From NCBI GenBank assembly GCA_030324005.1, contig JARDVH010000132.1:40700265-40764264 (forward strand): DNA of 64,000 nucleotides. The letters run 5' to 3'. The notes beneath the pieces were generated by a model that had not been told where the DNA came from, ran no database searches, and saw only the letters and a list, made by a program, of their open reading frames with translations. Positions 1-13,187 of this stretch are shown in pieces (within the stretch, counting starts at the first letter, position 1; each line of letters opens with the position of its first letter). This DNA comes from Negaprion brevirostris. Lineage: Eukaryota. The position numbers were made by a program, and so were the translations under genes.

Positions 1-214
1 TGAAATAATAACAATTACCGAACTCCCAAATTGTTCTGTTCCATTAACTCTGAAGGCCTTCAGTGTTTCATTGAATTTGTGCTCCAAAATTTAAATTGCA
101 TGTTGATTTTTGCAGGAGGCAACTCTGTGCTGTATCTACTTTAGCAAATTGTTGAAAGTTTTACTTCTTTTGAAGTTATTATCTTCAGGTAACAGATTTT
201 CTTATTAACTGCAG

Positions 215-288
215 GTTTCCAAATGCGGGGAAATCTTCATTATTGAGCCAGCTGTCTCATGCTAAGCCGAAGATTGCAGATTATCCAT
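215..288 (+). CDS. GTPBP10: GTPBP10 internal exon (G1 P-loop): (G)FPNAGKSSLLSQLSHAKPKIADYP(F)
   Basis: Acceptor ttaactgcag|G and donor CCAT|gtaggt. Translation carries the Obg-family G1 motif GFPNAGKSSL and the start of G2 (ADYPFTT). Confidence 0.95.
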
Positions 289-496
289 GTAGGTGTAACA
301 GTGGAAGACTATTTTTTCTTAGGCCAATGTTTGCCATCGCCCTTCGTTTACACTTAAGAGCAGGAGTAAGCCATTTAGCCCTTTGAGCCTGCTGTCTAAG
401 CTGCATCCTCAGATTCGGACAGTGACAAGGAGCACTGCACTGTATGTCAACAATGTTATTTTAAAGCACATTATTCCAGATAGCACATTAAATCTG

Positions 497-1110
497 CAGC
501 ACAGTGGTTAGCACTGCTGCCTCATAGCTTCAGGGACCTGGTTTGATTCCTGGCTTGGGTTACTGTTGTTTCTTCAGAAGGAATTCTTCAAATGTAAACA
601 ACGAAAATGTGACAAAACTTACCCCAACTTATAAATCAAAGAAAGGGTTCAAAAAAGAAACTTCATTACTCCAAACTTGGGGCCTCGCCCTGGGCCAATC
701 CAAGATACCCACAATTCCCAACAAGTTCTTATTTATAGTGAGTCAGTATCATTCTGTAATTGGTTCCATTGTTTTACTGGGTTGGATGATCCTTACAACT
801 TGTTACCATTGGTCACATTACATCCAAAGAACAAAGAACAGCCCAGCACGGGAAACAGGCCCTTCGGCCCAACGAGCCCACGCCGCCGCATCCTCCTACA
901 CNNNNNNNNNNNNNNNNNNNNNNNNNNNNNNNNNNNNNNNNTTTGGTTGATTGGCCATGCTAACCTGCCCCTTTGTGTCCCGGGATGTGTAGGTTAGATA
1001 GATGGTAGGGCTAAATATGTGGGGTTGTGGGGATAGCGCCTGGGTTGGGATTGTTGTCAGTGCAGATTCAATGGGCCAAATGGTTTGCTTCTGCACTGTA
1101 GAGTTTCTCT
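497..1110 (+). mobile_element. HE1-type tRNA-derived SINE split by nested insertions
   Basis: Head CACAGTGGTTAGCACTGCTGCCTCA...GGTTTGATTCC at 497-566. Body and tail TTGGCCATGCTAA...ATGGGCCAAATGG...CTGCACTGTA at 942-1110. Confidence 0.8.
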
Positions 1111-1559
1111 GAGTTAAATTTCTTTCCTTAATGTCAAAAAGTAAACATAGACTTGATACACGTTAGCCTTTGGGGGTTATTTTAAACAAGTTAAGCAGTT
1201 AAAGGAATTCTAATATTTGATCAAATTAAAAATCTGTATGTGGCAAGCAAATGCAAATTATTGATCATTTTTGTAGTTCTAGCACAGTTCTGCATGTTGA
1301 TTTATGTTTGTACTGTGATCCCTTTAAAGATATCAGTTGTGTGTATTTTGCATTGTTTTCTCTTTCAAATTATGCCAATACTTATTACTTTAAAGTTATT
1401 GATTTATGATGGTGCAAGGGAATGTATCTTGCTTATCTAGTGAAGCAGCTGACATTTCTAAATGGGGATTGTTGTGTATTTATAGTGGTTCGTGGTGCTT
1501 AAGACTAAACTGAGTTAAACCTGTACTCCACTTTAAGACTTGAATTATCCATACATGCA

Positions 1560-2600
1560 GGATGTCAGCTTTGGGGGATGAGAGCAATCATCGCACCACT
1601 ATTAAGAAAAGTGTTGAACCAATTACACAAAGGCAGTTGTGGAATTGTGAGAATGAAGGAGTGAGCAAGGCATTCAAGACTTTGAATGCCGTACATCTTT
1701 AACTCAGGATTTACTCCTGAGGCCTTGCTTCAAAGCACCACGCCCATTACCTCAGAAAATATTGGATCACCTTGGGTGGACTTCTTCACTTGTCCTGAGG
1801 TGACAGGAGTATTATTTACCTGAAATGGAGGAGAAGGCAGGAACATGTTTGTCTTACATGAAGAAATGAAGCCTGTCACCATTAGCACCATTGTTGCATC
1901 CTTGGGAATGGCCTGAAGAGGCTAAGCAATAGGTATACAAGGAGGGTGCAGGACCGTTTGAAGGACGCATGTTTCTAATCACAATCTGCTCATTTAAAAT
2001 GGCCAGAGTTGCCATAATGAAGCTGACCTCATTAGAGGAGACAGTTGTGAGATCAGGAGAAATCTTGTTTCCCTGAGCAATTGGTGAGTGGTCACAGACC
2101 ACGGTTTGTATCTCAAGAATTTGAAAGCTTGTTGAAGGAGAATAGAACACAACACATTAGGTCTGCATCGTACCACCTGGCTTTGAACAGACTAGCAGAA
2201 TGTTTGTGCAAATGATGAAGCAGACTTTAAAGGTAATCAGGAACAGTCAATTCCTGCTCATGTACAAGAATACTGCTCACTCAGCAACAAAAGTTTCTTC
2301 TGCATTACTAATGATTAAACAACATTACAGCATCAACTTATTAAAATCATCCAAGATGAAATAAGTTGTCCAGAAAAAGCAACTGGATCCGGTCATACAG
2401 CGGGGAAACAAAGCAAAACCTGTGACTATCACCAGGGATCAGATATTCTGGCAAGAAACTAAGCGAGAGAAAAATGGCCTGCTGCCATAATCAGAGCACA
2501 GACTGGGCTTATTTCCTACACTGTCTAAACTCGTGACAGTGTCACCTGGAGGAGACACGTGGATCAACTGTTGGTGGGGTGAACCAATCTGTCAGAAACA
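1560..2600 (+). mobile_element. Decayed Gypsy/Ty3 LTR-retrotransposon integrase fragment
   Basis: Frameshifted peptides GMRAIIAPLLRKVLNQLHKG, PLLHPWEWPEE, GPFEGRMFLI, HIRSASYH, AQTGLISYTV and WRRHVDQL, typical of Gypsy integrase. Confidence 0.8.
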
Positions 2601-3790
2601 GAACCAGTAGAAAGTCTGAATCCAACTGTCCCAAGAGACCTGGACCTTCCTGAAAATCTGACACTAATATCAAGTATATGCTTCCTGCTTTTGGTACAGA
2701 ATTAAAGATTGATGATCACAAAAGCTATCTTGGCGTTAAAGTGAATGAAACTAATAACGTTCATGACTAATGTGAAGTCAAATGAAGCACCAGGGTGTAT
2801 ATACCACTGTTAAACAGTATGAAGCTAAAAGATCCATAGTTTTGTTGTACATGACTGTGGGCCTTATCTGGTTCAGTTTTCATCTCCTCATATGAAGGTC
2901 TTGAAAAACATACAAAGGATGACTATGGATGATCACTACTTTTAAACTTGTTGTGATAACTTAAAGGCTTTAAAGATCTGGATCATTTTGCACTAGAGAA
3001 GGGAAAAGCTCATTGCGAAATGATGAAGGAATCAGATTGCCTGTGTACACAGACTGTTTGAGCTAAGTTAGGGAAGAGGAGCAGTCATGCATATCAGATG
3101 TGCAAGCATAGAATTAGGCTAGATTTTGGGAGACTTTGTTTATGCTGAGAGCGACACTTTTTTTAGGCTCATTTGGTGAATGTGAATTCACTTTAACAAA
3201 CCAAAAATGCGTAATTGCCTTGAGACAGTTTGGGCCAGCTGCTTTTTCTTGTCTTATGTTTTCCTAAGTTTGTTTGTAAGCTTCATTTTATTTTGTATCC
3301 AAGTACTTTGCCTTTCCTTGAGTGCAAAAGTGGAGTTTCAGTTTCAAAAAAAAGTGTAGTTTACTTGTTAAGCATTGTAATGATGAAGAATCATTGTCCC
3401 AGATCTTCTGATTAGCAGTGATCCTGCAAACATGCTGCTGACTGTGGCAATAATTGTACACAAAACTGTAAGAGTGCCTTCAGTCAGGACCTCTGATCCT
3501 GACTGGAACAATGAAGCTTTGGTGCAGATGCCTATGGGATTGATAGGCAGAAAGGAGCAATGTAGAGAGCATAGCCCCTTTATACAACATCAGCTGCTGT
3601 ATTCAGGTAAGTTGTTAAAGGTCTCAAGTCTTTTAATGGGGACTGGGTGAGTGAGTATGTGGAGTGGGTGGTCAGCCTTGAGGGGATTGTGATGGGAGAA
3701 GTGGTGAATGGGTCATGAGATGGGTGGTTGTGTCAGGGGTACTAATCAGGTTGGGCCTGGGGTGGCATGGGTAGTGACAATGTGGGGGGT

Positions 3791-3792
<2 letters not shown>

Positions 3793-3823
<31 letters not shown>
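3793..3823. repeat. (TG)n microsatellite
   Basis: Direct TG run. Confidence 0.95.
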
Positions 3824-3827
<4 letters not shown>

Positions 3828-4240
3828 GGGGTGGTGGGTTTGGTTTCCATTGTTAATCATTGAGTTACACTAAAGATTAAATGGTGTGACAATCCCAGAG
3901 TAGGGAGTGTGTTTCTGACCCAAGTCTCAGACACCGATAACAGTGCCCCAAGAAGTGCAAATAAACCTGCCAGAAGTTCAAACCTCCAGGCAACTGCACC
4001 ATTTGAACACACATCAGACTTTTGATGTGTCCTGATATGTACTGGCAACTTTAAGTTCAGTGTGTCGCTGACTTGATACTAAAAGATTTGGCCCATTGAA
4101 ATTTGAACACAGAAGATGACCATTTGGTCCATTTTCTTTATGTACGCTTTCCAAAAAAATCATTTTGCTCTATTCTTTGTTTTTAACCACTTATATTTTT
4201 AACTTGTCTTGCATTTATGAATTTTATTTTTAATTTTCAG

Positions 4241-4293
4241 TCACTACCATGAGGCCGGAGATTGGAAAGTTAATGTACAGTGATTACAAACAG
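4241..4293 (+). CDS. GTPBP10: GTPBP10 exon: (F)TTMRPEIGKLMYSDYKQ
   Basis: Acceptor taattttcag| and donor CAG|gtaggt. Phase matches the previous exon and completes G2 (YPFTT). Confidence 0.95.
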
Positions 4294-5313
4294 GTAGGTA
4301 TTGTCAGCATGGTATTTTAAGTTTCATTAATGTTAATTTTTTAATGTATTAGAAAATGCTACATTGAAATTGCCATATTTAAGGCAAATAATAGTCAGGC
4401 CCACTAAATTTACTGGGATTTCTCCCAGTATTTGGGCTGAACTAAAGATTCCAAACATCTTGTACTGAGCATTCAAATTTCATGATGGTGGGGGTAGGGA
4501 ATGTTACTGTTGATCAGAAGCTTAACTGGATCTGACATGTCAACACCACAACATAGGACCAAGTTGCTAGCTATTCTGCAATGAGTGGCTCACCTCAATG
4601 TCTCTCTCCTGTCTATAAGACATAAGTCAGTTGTCTTATCTGAAAAGGAAGATTGTGGAAGATTACAGGGAGAAGATAGGGGAATGGCACAAAGTGAATT
4701 GCTCATTCGGAGAGCTGGTGCAGACACAATGGGTTGAATGGCCTCCTTCTGCATTGTAAAAACTCTGTGATTCTGGGCATGCAGGAACATGCCACTTGTC
4801 AAGAAGGGCTGCTAGAATAACACTTGAATCTCAAAGTCAGTCAAGATAGAGAATGTTGCTAGATCAGTGCCTCTCCCAGTAAACTGGTTTTGCTTCCTCC
4901 CCTAACAATGGGCACACTGTGGCTGCAGCAACCAATCAACTTTGACAGGATCTTCCTGTCCTGTAATTTCCACCTCTGAATTAGACAAGAATACCGTTAC
5001 TTCTGAAATCCTCCTGGAGTTACACAATGCAAACTTTATACACTCATTCTTCCATCATCGCTGAATCAACACCCTCTTATTTCTCACCTAACATCATTGT
5101 GCAAAAATAAGAATTGAGATAGCTCTAGAAAGCTCACCATGAATTTCCCATGGCCACTAACAGTGTCCAGTAAATGTGACCTTACCAGTGTGAAACTCAC
5201 CAGGAGAACAAGTCAGGCCTTTAAATGTTTGCTTTTTGCCCAATCTGAATGATAGTGGCAAGGCCTGATTTTATTCAATTGCCAAACAATTATTTCATTA
5301 TTGAAAGTACACT

Positions 5314-5660
5314 ATGGAGAGCCTCTTCCCGTTCAGAAAGGTCAGTAGGACTAGAGGGCACAGCCTCAAGATAAAGGGGGGGCGGTTTAGAATGGAGTTG
5401 AGGAGGAAGTTCTTCACTCAAAGGGTGGTGAATCTCTGGAATTCTCTGCCCGTTGAAGTGGTGGAGGCTGCCTCGCTAAATATTTTTAAGTCACGGGTAG
5501 ATAGGTTTCTGATAGACAGGGGAATTAAGGGTTATGGGGAGAAAGCGGGAAAGTGGAACTGATCCACTTCAGATCAGACATGATCTTATTGAATGGCGGG
5601 GCAGGCTCAAAGGGCTCGATGGCTGACTCCTGCTCCTATTTCTTATGTTGTTATGTTTTT
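5314..5660 (+). mobile_element. CR1 LINE 3' end (young, ORF2 C-terminus intact)
   Basis: SRTRGHSLKIKGGRFRMELRRKFFTQRVVNLWNSLP, followed by a 3' UTR ending CTCCTATTTCTTATGTT. Confidence 0.92.
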
Positions 5661-5699
5661 ATGTACAAATTGAAATAATGCCTGACGAATCAGTTGGAA

Positions 5700-6680
5700 T
5701 TATTTGTGGATGTAAGTAGCAGAGTTGACCAGGGAGGAACAGTGGCTTATTTAGATTTTCAGAAGAGGAAACCGAATGTATTACCTACAAATTTGTAGAT
5801 GGTGCAAAGTTAAGCGAGAGGGGAGCTGCGAAGAGGATTCAGAGATATTTCTGCATCATTTCGACTACGTGTGTGGGCATATATATGGCAGATAACGTAA
5901 ATAAATGTGAGGTTATCAACTTTGGTAAGAATAATAGGAAGGCAGATTATTACTTGAATGGATGTAAATTGAGAGAGGGATATGTAGTGGGATCTTAGTG
6001 TACCATGAACTAGTTTCTGAAAGGAAGTGTGCAGGTTCAGCAAGCAGTATAGAAGGCAAATGGTTTGTATTCAGGATTTGAGTACAGGGATAGGGATGTT
6101 TTGTTGTAGTTGTACAGGGCGTTAGTGAGGCCACACCTGGAGTATTGTGTGCGGTTTTTATGTATTTCATTGAGGAATGATTCTCGTGGTCTAGAGAGAG
6201 TACAGTAAAAATTTACTGGGCTGATTCACCGGATGGAAGGACTGTCACGCGAGGAGAGAATAAACCAGGTTGGATAATTCACTGGAGATTAGAAAACTGA
6301 GAGGAGATCATAGCAACTTACAAAATTCTAAGAGTGTTCGCCAGGGGAGATTCAGAAAGAATGTTCCCAATGATAAGGGCCATAGTTTGAGGTTATGGGG
6401 TAAAGTTCTTAGAACTGAGGTGAGGAGAAATCTATTCACCAATAGAGTGGTTAATGTGTGGATTTTATTACCACAGAATAAAATTGAGGCCAAAGCGCTG
6501 TCTTATTTCAAGAATAAATTGGCTACAGGTTGAGGTATTTAAGCGATCAAGGGATATTTCGGGAAGATGGGGGAATCAGGATATTGAATTCAATGATCAG
6601 TCATAATGAAATTGAATTGCAGAGCAGGTTCGATGGGCTGAATGGCCTAGTCCTGCTTCTGGTTTCCATGTTTCTATGAC
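5700..6680 (+). mobile_element. Older CR1 LINE 3' portion
   Basis: Degenerate RT C-terminal motifs (LVRPHLEYCV, GHSLRL, RRNLFTNRVVNVW) and a CR1 tail. Confidence 0.85.
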
Positions 6681-6800
6681 TACGGAGCTGGGCTTTGACC
6701 TCAAAGTGGAGGAGACTTGAACCCTACCCCACGAATCCTCCCTCCACCAACCCATCCAACAACACACCGCCCCCAACCCCGCCACACCTCTGGCTTCAGT

Positions 6801-6910
6801 GGGCGGCACGGTAGCACAGTGGTTAGCACTGCTGCTTCACAGCTCCAGGGAACTGAGTTCGATTCCCAGCTCGGGTCACTGTCTGTGTGGAGTTTGCACA
6901 TTCTCCTCGT
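6801..6910 (+). mobile_element. HE1-type SINE head (continues into gap)
   Basis: GGGCGGCACGGTAGCACAGTGGTTAGCACTGCTG...GAGTTCGATTCCC with A and B boxes; CpGs intact. Confidence 0.88.
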
Positions 6911-7266
6911 NNNNNNNNNNNNNNNNNNNNNNNNNNNNNNNNNNNNNNNNNNNNNNNNNNNNNNNNNNNNNNNNNNNNNNNNNNNNNNNNNNNNNNNNNN
7001 NNNNNNNNNNCAGCCATGATCTTATTGAATGGCGGGGCAGGCTCGAGGGGCTAGATGGCCTACTCCTGTTCCTATTTCTTATGTTATTATTTGGAAAATC
7101 TTTAGTTGCATGTAATTTTACAGCCAGACCTTTACCTCTGCACAGCTGATGTATTTTTCAACTGGTGTTAAATTAGCTTGTTACCTTGCAAGCTTGCTAT
7201 ATAAGTGAGTTTCCTCAGCCACTTTATTGAATTCTGTGTAATTCATAGTGTATTTTGCTTTCACAG

Positions 7267-7374
7267 ATATCAGTAGCTGATTTGCCAGGTTTGATTGAAG
7301 GTGCACACTTAAATAAAGGGATGGGTCACAAGTTTCTTAAACATGTGGAGAGGACGAAACAGCTTCTTTTTGTG
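7267..7374 (+). CDS. GTPBP10: GTPBP10 exon (G3): [36 protein letters not shown]
   Basis: tttcacag| ... GTG|gtcagt. Contains the [23 protein letters not shown] Obg signature. Confidence 0.97.
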
Positions 7375-7597
7375 GTCAGTAAGAAAAATATTTTTCTTTT
7401 AAATATTTAATTGTATAATTCTACATAATTAATTGTTCAACACTGCTTTGCTCCATATAAGCCTTTAAGAATATTCAGATATTAAAATATTCATAACTTG
7501 TATTCTATAGAAAAACTTTACATTGGACACTAATGTTTTGTTCATAAATTACACATTTTCTCTTGTTTCCTTTAGAAAGTAAGATGTATAACACAGT

Positions 7598-7723
7598 GGG
7601 CAGGATTTTGCAGCTTCGCTCGTCCCAAAACTGTAAAATCTGGCTTGAGGTCAACGGACCTTCCCATTGTCCTTCCTCTCCTGCTCTGATTCCCATGGTG
7701 GGCGGGGCAGTAAAATCCAGCCA
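7598..7723. mobile_element. Short MITE (Harbinger-like TIR GGGCRGGATTTT)
   Basis: GGGCAGGATTTTGC ... GTAAAATCCAGCC. A reverse-complement relative lies at about 36970-37083. Confidence 0.7.
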
Positions 7724-7932
7724 ATATGTTTAACAATCTAATTTGCTTAAAGTAATTAATTGGGTAATATTGTCCGATGGAACAAACTCATTTTGTCCAA
7801 AAATGGAATTGAAAACACACTTCATCCTTTTTTTAAGGATGAAATGTTTCTGTGCTTTGCTGTGTGTCCTCTGATTACCTTTCAGGGAAACTGAAGCAGT
7901 AAATAGTAGACCAGATTTGACCATTTGTAATA

Positions 7933-8125
7933 AAAGCAGCAAGTACTGGAACTACTCAACAGGTCTGGCAGCATCTGTGGAGAGAGAAACAGAACCAACT
8001 TTTCAAGTTGCATGTGACCCTAAAGAAGTAGTTAACTCGGTTTCTCTTTCCCTCCACAGATGCAGCCATATCTACTGAATATTTCTAGCATTTTGTTTCT
8101 ATTTTTATTTCAGATTTGCAATATT
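7933..8125. mobile_element. Palindromic Penelope-like terminal-repeat fragment
   Basis: CTGGCAGCATCTGTGGAGAGAGAAACAGA ... TTTCTCTTTCCCTCCACAGATGCAGCCA inverted arms. Related copies at ~8910-8985 and ~52740-52825. Confidence 0.6.
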
Positions 8126-9176
8126 TGCTTTTATTTTACTGGATAACCTATGTCTTGATTACTGTGGTACTGGAGCATGGAAACTTAAAAATATTTTGCA
8201 CAGAACCAGACCACTCAACCTATTCTGCCTGAACTGGCTGAAAATGAATGATACAGCCTAATCCCATTTTCCACCTCTTGATCTGTAGTCCTGTAGCTTA
8301 CAGAATTTACAGAACAGATGCAAAGCCAAGTGTGGATGAGGGCTTCTATCTCCACTGCCCTTTCAGGTAGTAAGTTGAACTTTACCACTCCCTGGATGAA
8401 AAATAAATTCTCTTCAACTGCCTACTAATTCTCCTACCATTTAATGTTAAACCTGTGGCCCATGGTTAATGACCATTTTGCTAAGGGAAATAAGTCCGTC
8501 TTATCCAGTCCATATAGGTCCCTCATAATTTTATACACTTCAGTTAAATCCCCTTCTTGCCTCCTCTGGTTCCAAAAAGAACAATCCCAGCCTACCTAAT
8601 CTTTCCTCATAGCTAAAATTCTCTGTTTCTGATACCTCACTTGTAAATTTTCTCCATACCTAAAACCAGAGCAGTTTTACCACTTTGTGTTCACAAATAA
8701 TGTTCACTCCTAAACTGCAAGACTTAAAATTTATAAAATAATACTATTGAGCAATAAGCTGAGCAGCTACAATGGTTGAAATTTAGTTTATATAATAGCT
8801 ATCTGTTTGAAGCCAAGATGCGTTTCCAGCTCTAATTTGTGGCAGTTTAGATACAGCTTATGAAAGAAGTTATTTCCCAACAGGTTGGAAACAGGGTCAC
8901 ATGCAACTTGAAACATTGGCTCTGTTTCTTTCTCCTCAAATGCTGCCAGACCTGTTGAGTAGTTCCAGCGCTTGGTGTTTTTATTAGCTCTTGGTCTTTA
9001 ACAGTGGACACTGAACTTTGTCAAAAGATAAACAATAACATCTGTACATGAGGAGATGTACAGTCTTTTTTTTAGAAAAAATTGAACCTACTAGAAGTTC
9101 AATTTCACTTGACAATATTGTGACAGAAATAATGCCTGTGTACAACTCTTATTCTTTGTGGATTTATTATTTGGAG

Positions 9177-9254
9177 GTGGATGTGACTGGATTTCAGCTT
9201 TCATCTAAAACACCTCTAAGATCAGCTTTCGAAGCTGTACAACTATTATCAAAG
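9177..9254 (+). CDS. GTPBP10: GTPBP10 exon: VDVTGFQLSSKTPLRSAFEAVQLLSK
   Basis: In frame between flanking exons and similar to human VDISGFQLSS...AFETIILLTK. Donor AAG|gtaagc; acceptor is an uncommon GAG. Confidence 0.92.
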
Positions 9255-10367
9255 GTAAGCCAGTCTTTTGTTGTTAATTAAATTAATTAATTTAGAAAAT
9301 AAAACTGGAGGTGTGTGTGCATTTGAGATGTTTGTTGATGTTTGTTTATGTATATTGTATATAACTCAAAATATATATGCAAAATAGGTTATTTGCTCTG
9401 TATGTCTGGGAAACAATTCACTGCAAAACTTCATCTGTCCCAAGTTCCTCGTGTTAGACAATTACCATTTCCACTCAAATGCCGACCTTAACCGGCCTTG
9501 GTGGATATTACTCATTCCTTGGCTTTTATGGTCTTCCATTGTCGTTGCTGAAGTGACTCTGCGTCCTGTTTTCAGTCTCTGGTGGCTGCTCCAAAATGTT
9601 CCACTCCTGATGTCAATGCCAAAGAGTGGAAAGTTTAGCGATTTGAGTTTCTGCTGTAGACTTCTGCACAATTCAGCACGGAGACGAGCATGAAAGCTTG
9701 TGGAGTAGGAATCAAGTAGGGTAGGGGAGGGGTTGGCTCTAATTATTGAAATATGTTTGTAAGTTACCCAGCACTGTTTGGTTTCTGTGGTATGCCATTC
9801 ATGGTTGGATGATGATGGAGGTATTATAGCATCATTTTTCTGATGCCAGAATGAGGAGAAAAGCTGAGAGGCCACTACTGAATGCATCTTTCCCTCCCTC
9901 CCCTTCCCTTCCCTTTCAGCCTTTCAAAGGCAGTGCTCCCTCTGAATCATCCCGGTCCACTTTTCATTCATTCCCAACGCTGTCTCTCCTTATCATGACA
10001 CATTTCCATGCAAGTACAGGAGATGAAATCGTCCCTTTTACTTCCTCTCTTCCCAATATCCAAGCCTGAAATCCTCCTTCCAAGTGAAACAACCTGAACC
10101 GTCTTCCCCTGCACCCCACCCCAACACCCCCCCCCACCCCACCACCACCACCAAAAAAATGAACATAAATAATGGGAGCTTTGGGGAATCCAGTATTGTG
10201 GATTTGCCAGAACATAAGAATTTTGAATCACTAATCATTACGTTTTTAAATCTTGTCTTTTCTGCTGTTGTTTTCAGTTTAGTGTGTAGTGAGTTTCAAA
10301 GTCTTAGCCATACAATTATTGGTCTATATTGTGCATCTTACTGACTATTATAATCTTTCATATTCAG

Positions 10368-10491
10368 GAGTTAGAGCTTTATAAAGTAGAGCTTTTAGCA
10401 AAGCCTGCACTATTAGCTGTAAACAAAATGGACTTGGAGAATGCAGAAGGAAAGTTCAAAGTGTTGATGCAACAGCTTCAGCAGCCTCAAG
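10368..10491 (+). CDS. GTPBP10: GTPBP10 exon (G4 NKMD): [41 protein letters not shown]
   Basis: tcatattcag| ... CAAG|gtaatc. G4 motif NKMD. Confidence 0.96.
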
Positions 10492-11987
10492 GTAATCAAA
10501 AGTACAGGTTGTGCAGCACAAAATCCATTTGACCCAAGAACATTGGCCAACCAGTGTTTGAATATGTTGTTGTCAATAAATAATTTTAATTAATGTAAAA
10601 TTTAATTCTTCATTCAAGTTAATCATGTTAGTGGGGACAATACACTCAACAGGTGATTTCTCAGTGGGGTTGAGTTTGACGTTTGGTTGATTGACTGCTG
10701 AAGCATACTGATCATCTGTCCATTCTGATGACAAATATATGACTGGGATTTTGAGGCATTTAAATTTAAATGTTGAGCTGCAAGATGCCAAACAGACATC
10801 CCAATGTAGTTTGTCAGACTGAAGCCTCAAAAGGGCAGCCACCGGCAATTTAGATTGCAGCAGGAGTGTGCTGAGACAGTACCATCCCAGACTATTTATC
10901 TCGGCCCTGGTTGAGTTCAACTTTGTCAGATTGGATAACCCATGGAACAGGTGGAAGTTTGCACAGTGCCAAATGCCAGTCGGTTCTTTTCATGTCTTTG
11001 GACCAGATTTCCATATTAAAATGCCTGTTGCCTTAAACAGGCAGATGCTTTGGATAGTCGACTCTTTTCAAGAAGTATTTCCACATCACTGCTGTTAACA
11101 GGGTGGTAAAGCCACTGATCCCATTTTGAGGTCACTGCCTTTGTCCAATGGCAACAGGATGATGATAATGGAAGCTGATTGTTAACAATCTTCAAAAGTC
11201 AAACATTCCATTCCTTTTGAAAATGAGGATGTATGCAATTAATAAGAATTGTTGCATTAATTCATGAACAAGGGCTGACTTGGGGGCTTATGCAAAACAA
11301 TAATCATTCCCTCTTGAGAATAAGCAAACTAGGAACATGAGAAGTGAATGTTCCTTTTAATAGTTGCTGTGAAAAATGAACTAGCGTAAAAGAGGAAATT
11401 CTGCTTAACATTTGCACTAACCTTTTGGCTGTGGTTTCTCAAAAAAGATTTTCCCGCTCTTGCTGCTTTTAATATTTGCTAAACAATGCATGTTGTAAAC
11501 CTATGCACAACAGTTTCTTACTCCATCAAATTGGACTAAAATTTGATTTAAAGTTAGGCAGGACACATTTTTTAGAACAGTAGTTACTGTTTAACAGCTG
11601 TACCAAAACAATTAATGAAATCTTGCAATCTATTTTCTGGAGAACAACTGGAAGATCTATAGTCCTATTCCAGCCATTCATTGTTTGATAAAGGATTTTA
11701 TTTTTCTATACGCAGTTTTTCATTTTAAGTCAGAAACACCTATTGTACTATTGCAGTATAACAACTTTGAGTGATTAGGCAAAAACACATCAGAAACTGT
11801 TTCCAGTTGCATTAAATGCACATTGTTTAAAAATACAAAACGTGCTGCAAACACTTAAAATCTAGTTTTGTCAGATATCTGTTATCGTTGTTTGGTAAAT
11901 CACTTTCAAATTCTGCCATTCGATTTGTTGACTAAAGAGATCTAAGCTTTTCTTCTGTATTGAGATACTTTTCTTGTTCCCCTATAG

Positions 11988-12199
11988 CTTTCTATCATTT
12001 ATTGCCAAAGGAGATGACTCCCTTAAAACCGGTCCAGTTTAACCACATAATCCCAGTCTCTGCCTCGACTAAATATGGAATTGAAGAACTGAAGAACTGC
12101 ATTCGGAAGTCATTAGATGATCAAGATGATCTAGAAAATGAACAGTACCGCCTTGAAAAACTGCAGAGTTTACGTTCAAATACTTCCAAATATATCTAG
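11988..12199 (+). CDS. GTPBP10: GTPBP10 last coding exon (G5): (A)FYHLLPKEMTPLKPVQFNHIIPVSASTKYGIEELKNCIRKSLDDQ...SKYI*
   Basis: Acceptor ttcccctatag|CT. IIPVSA...GIEELKNCIRKSLD matches the GTPBP10 C-terminus. TAG stop at 12197-12199. Confidence 0.96.
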
Positions 12200-13187
12200 A
12201 ACTTTTAAAGTTGGTAGTTATTGATACGCGTCTTCCACAGTGGAGAACTATTGGCGCATGAACATATTTAAACAGTAATTTGGTAGTACAGAATGTTATG
12301 ACCGCAATTAGTGTTAATGCTGAGTAAGTCGGATCTCAGATTGAAATCCCCCTGGGCTGACTGTATTTTTTGGGGGGGGGGATTGTAAAAACATAGAGGG
12401 ACAATCACTAAACTCAAAAGTACAGAACTGCGTTGATAACTTTTAACATTTGTTAAAAGAAAAAAAAAACTTTAAACACACAAGTTAAAAGATGTGCAGA
12501 TAATCTCCAAAATAGGCCTTACGAAAAGGAATACAATGAAACTAACTTTTTGGCAGCAGCTCTTGTAGCTTTAACTGAAAAATCCAGGAAATGTTACTCA
12601 AATCAAGAAATTGCCTTTTACTGCAAACGAAAGTATATTCTATGACTAGCCAGAACCACACATGAATATGGATTTTCCAAAGGCAGATTGAAGTGAACAG
12701 TTTCACAGGACAAATATTCTCCTGGCCTAAGATGGAATTGCTTTCTTCAATTAAAACCTTGCATCTTTTTCGACTAATCAAAAGCTTTTGGAATAGCCAT
12801 TTACTGGTTATTTCCCCATGGCTTCCAAGACCAGAGTTGACTTGCCTGATTGGAGTTTGAACAAAAGCTTTGTGGTAAACTGACCCCTGATAGATTTTCC
12901 ATGGTAATGCCTACCAATTAAAATCCATTTGCCAACCAAACAGATGCAGCACAAATTGTTGTTTCCTTTATTATTGGTATTCTTGTGAACTGCCTTGATC
13001 ATCGCAAGAGAAAAAGCTTCGACAGCGTGTCTTTTTTTTCTATGCTATTTACACAAGTGCTCCATGCTGCACTTAGATTGATCTGCATCAGGTTGATCAC
13101 TCGAGGAAAGATGACAAGTCACATATTGAGACCTGACTTCATTAAAGCTGCTACACTGGCAGGTACTTCCTCAATTCATTATGAGCT

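Noticed and set aside
6801-6880. tRNA-like A/B boxes
   Set aside because: SINE head continuing into the SINE body, not a tRNA gene.
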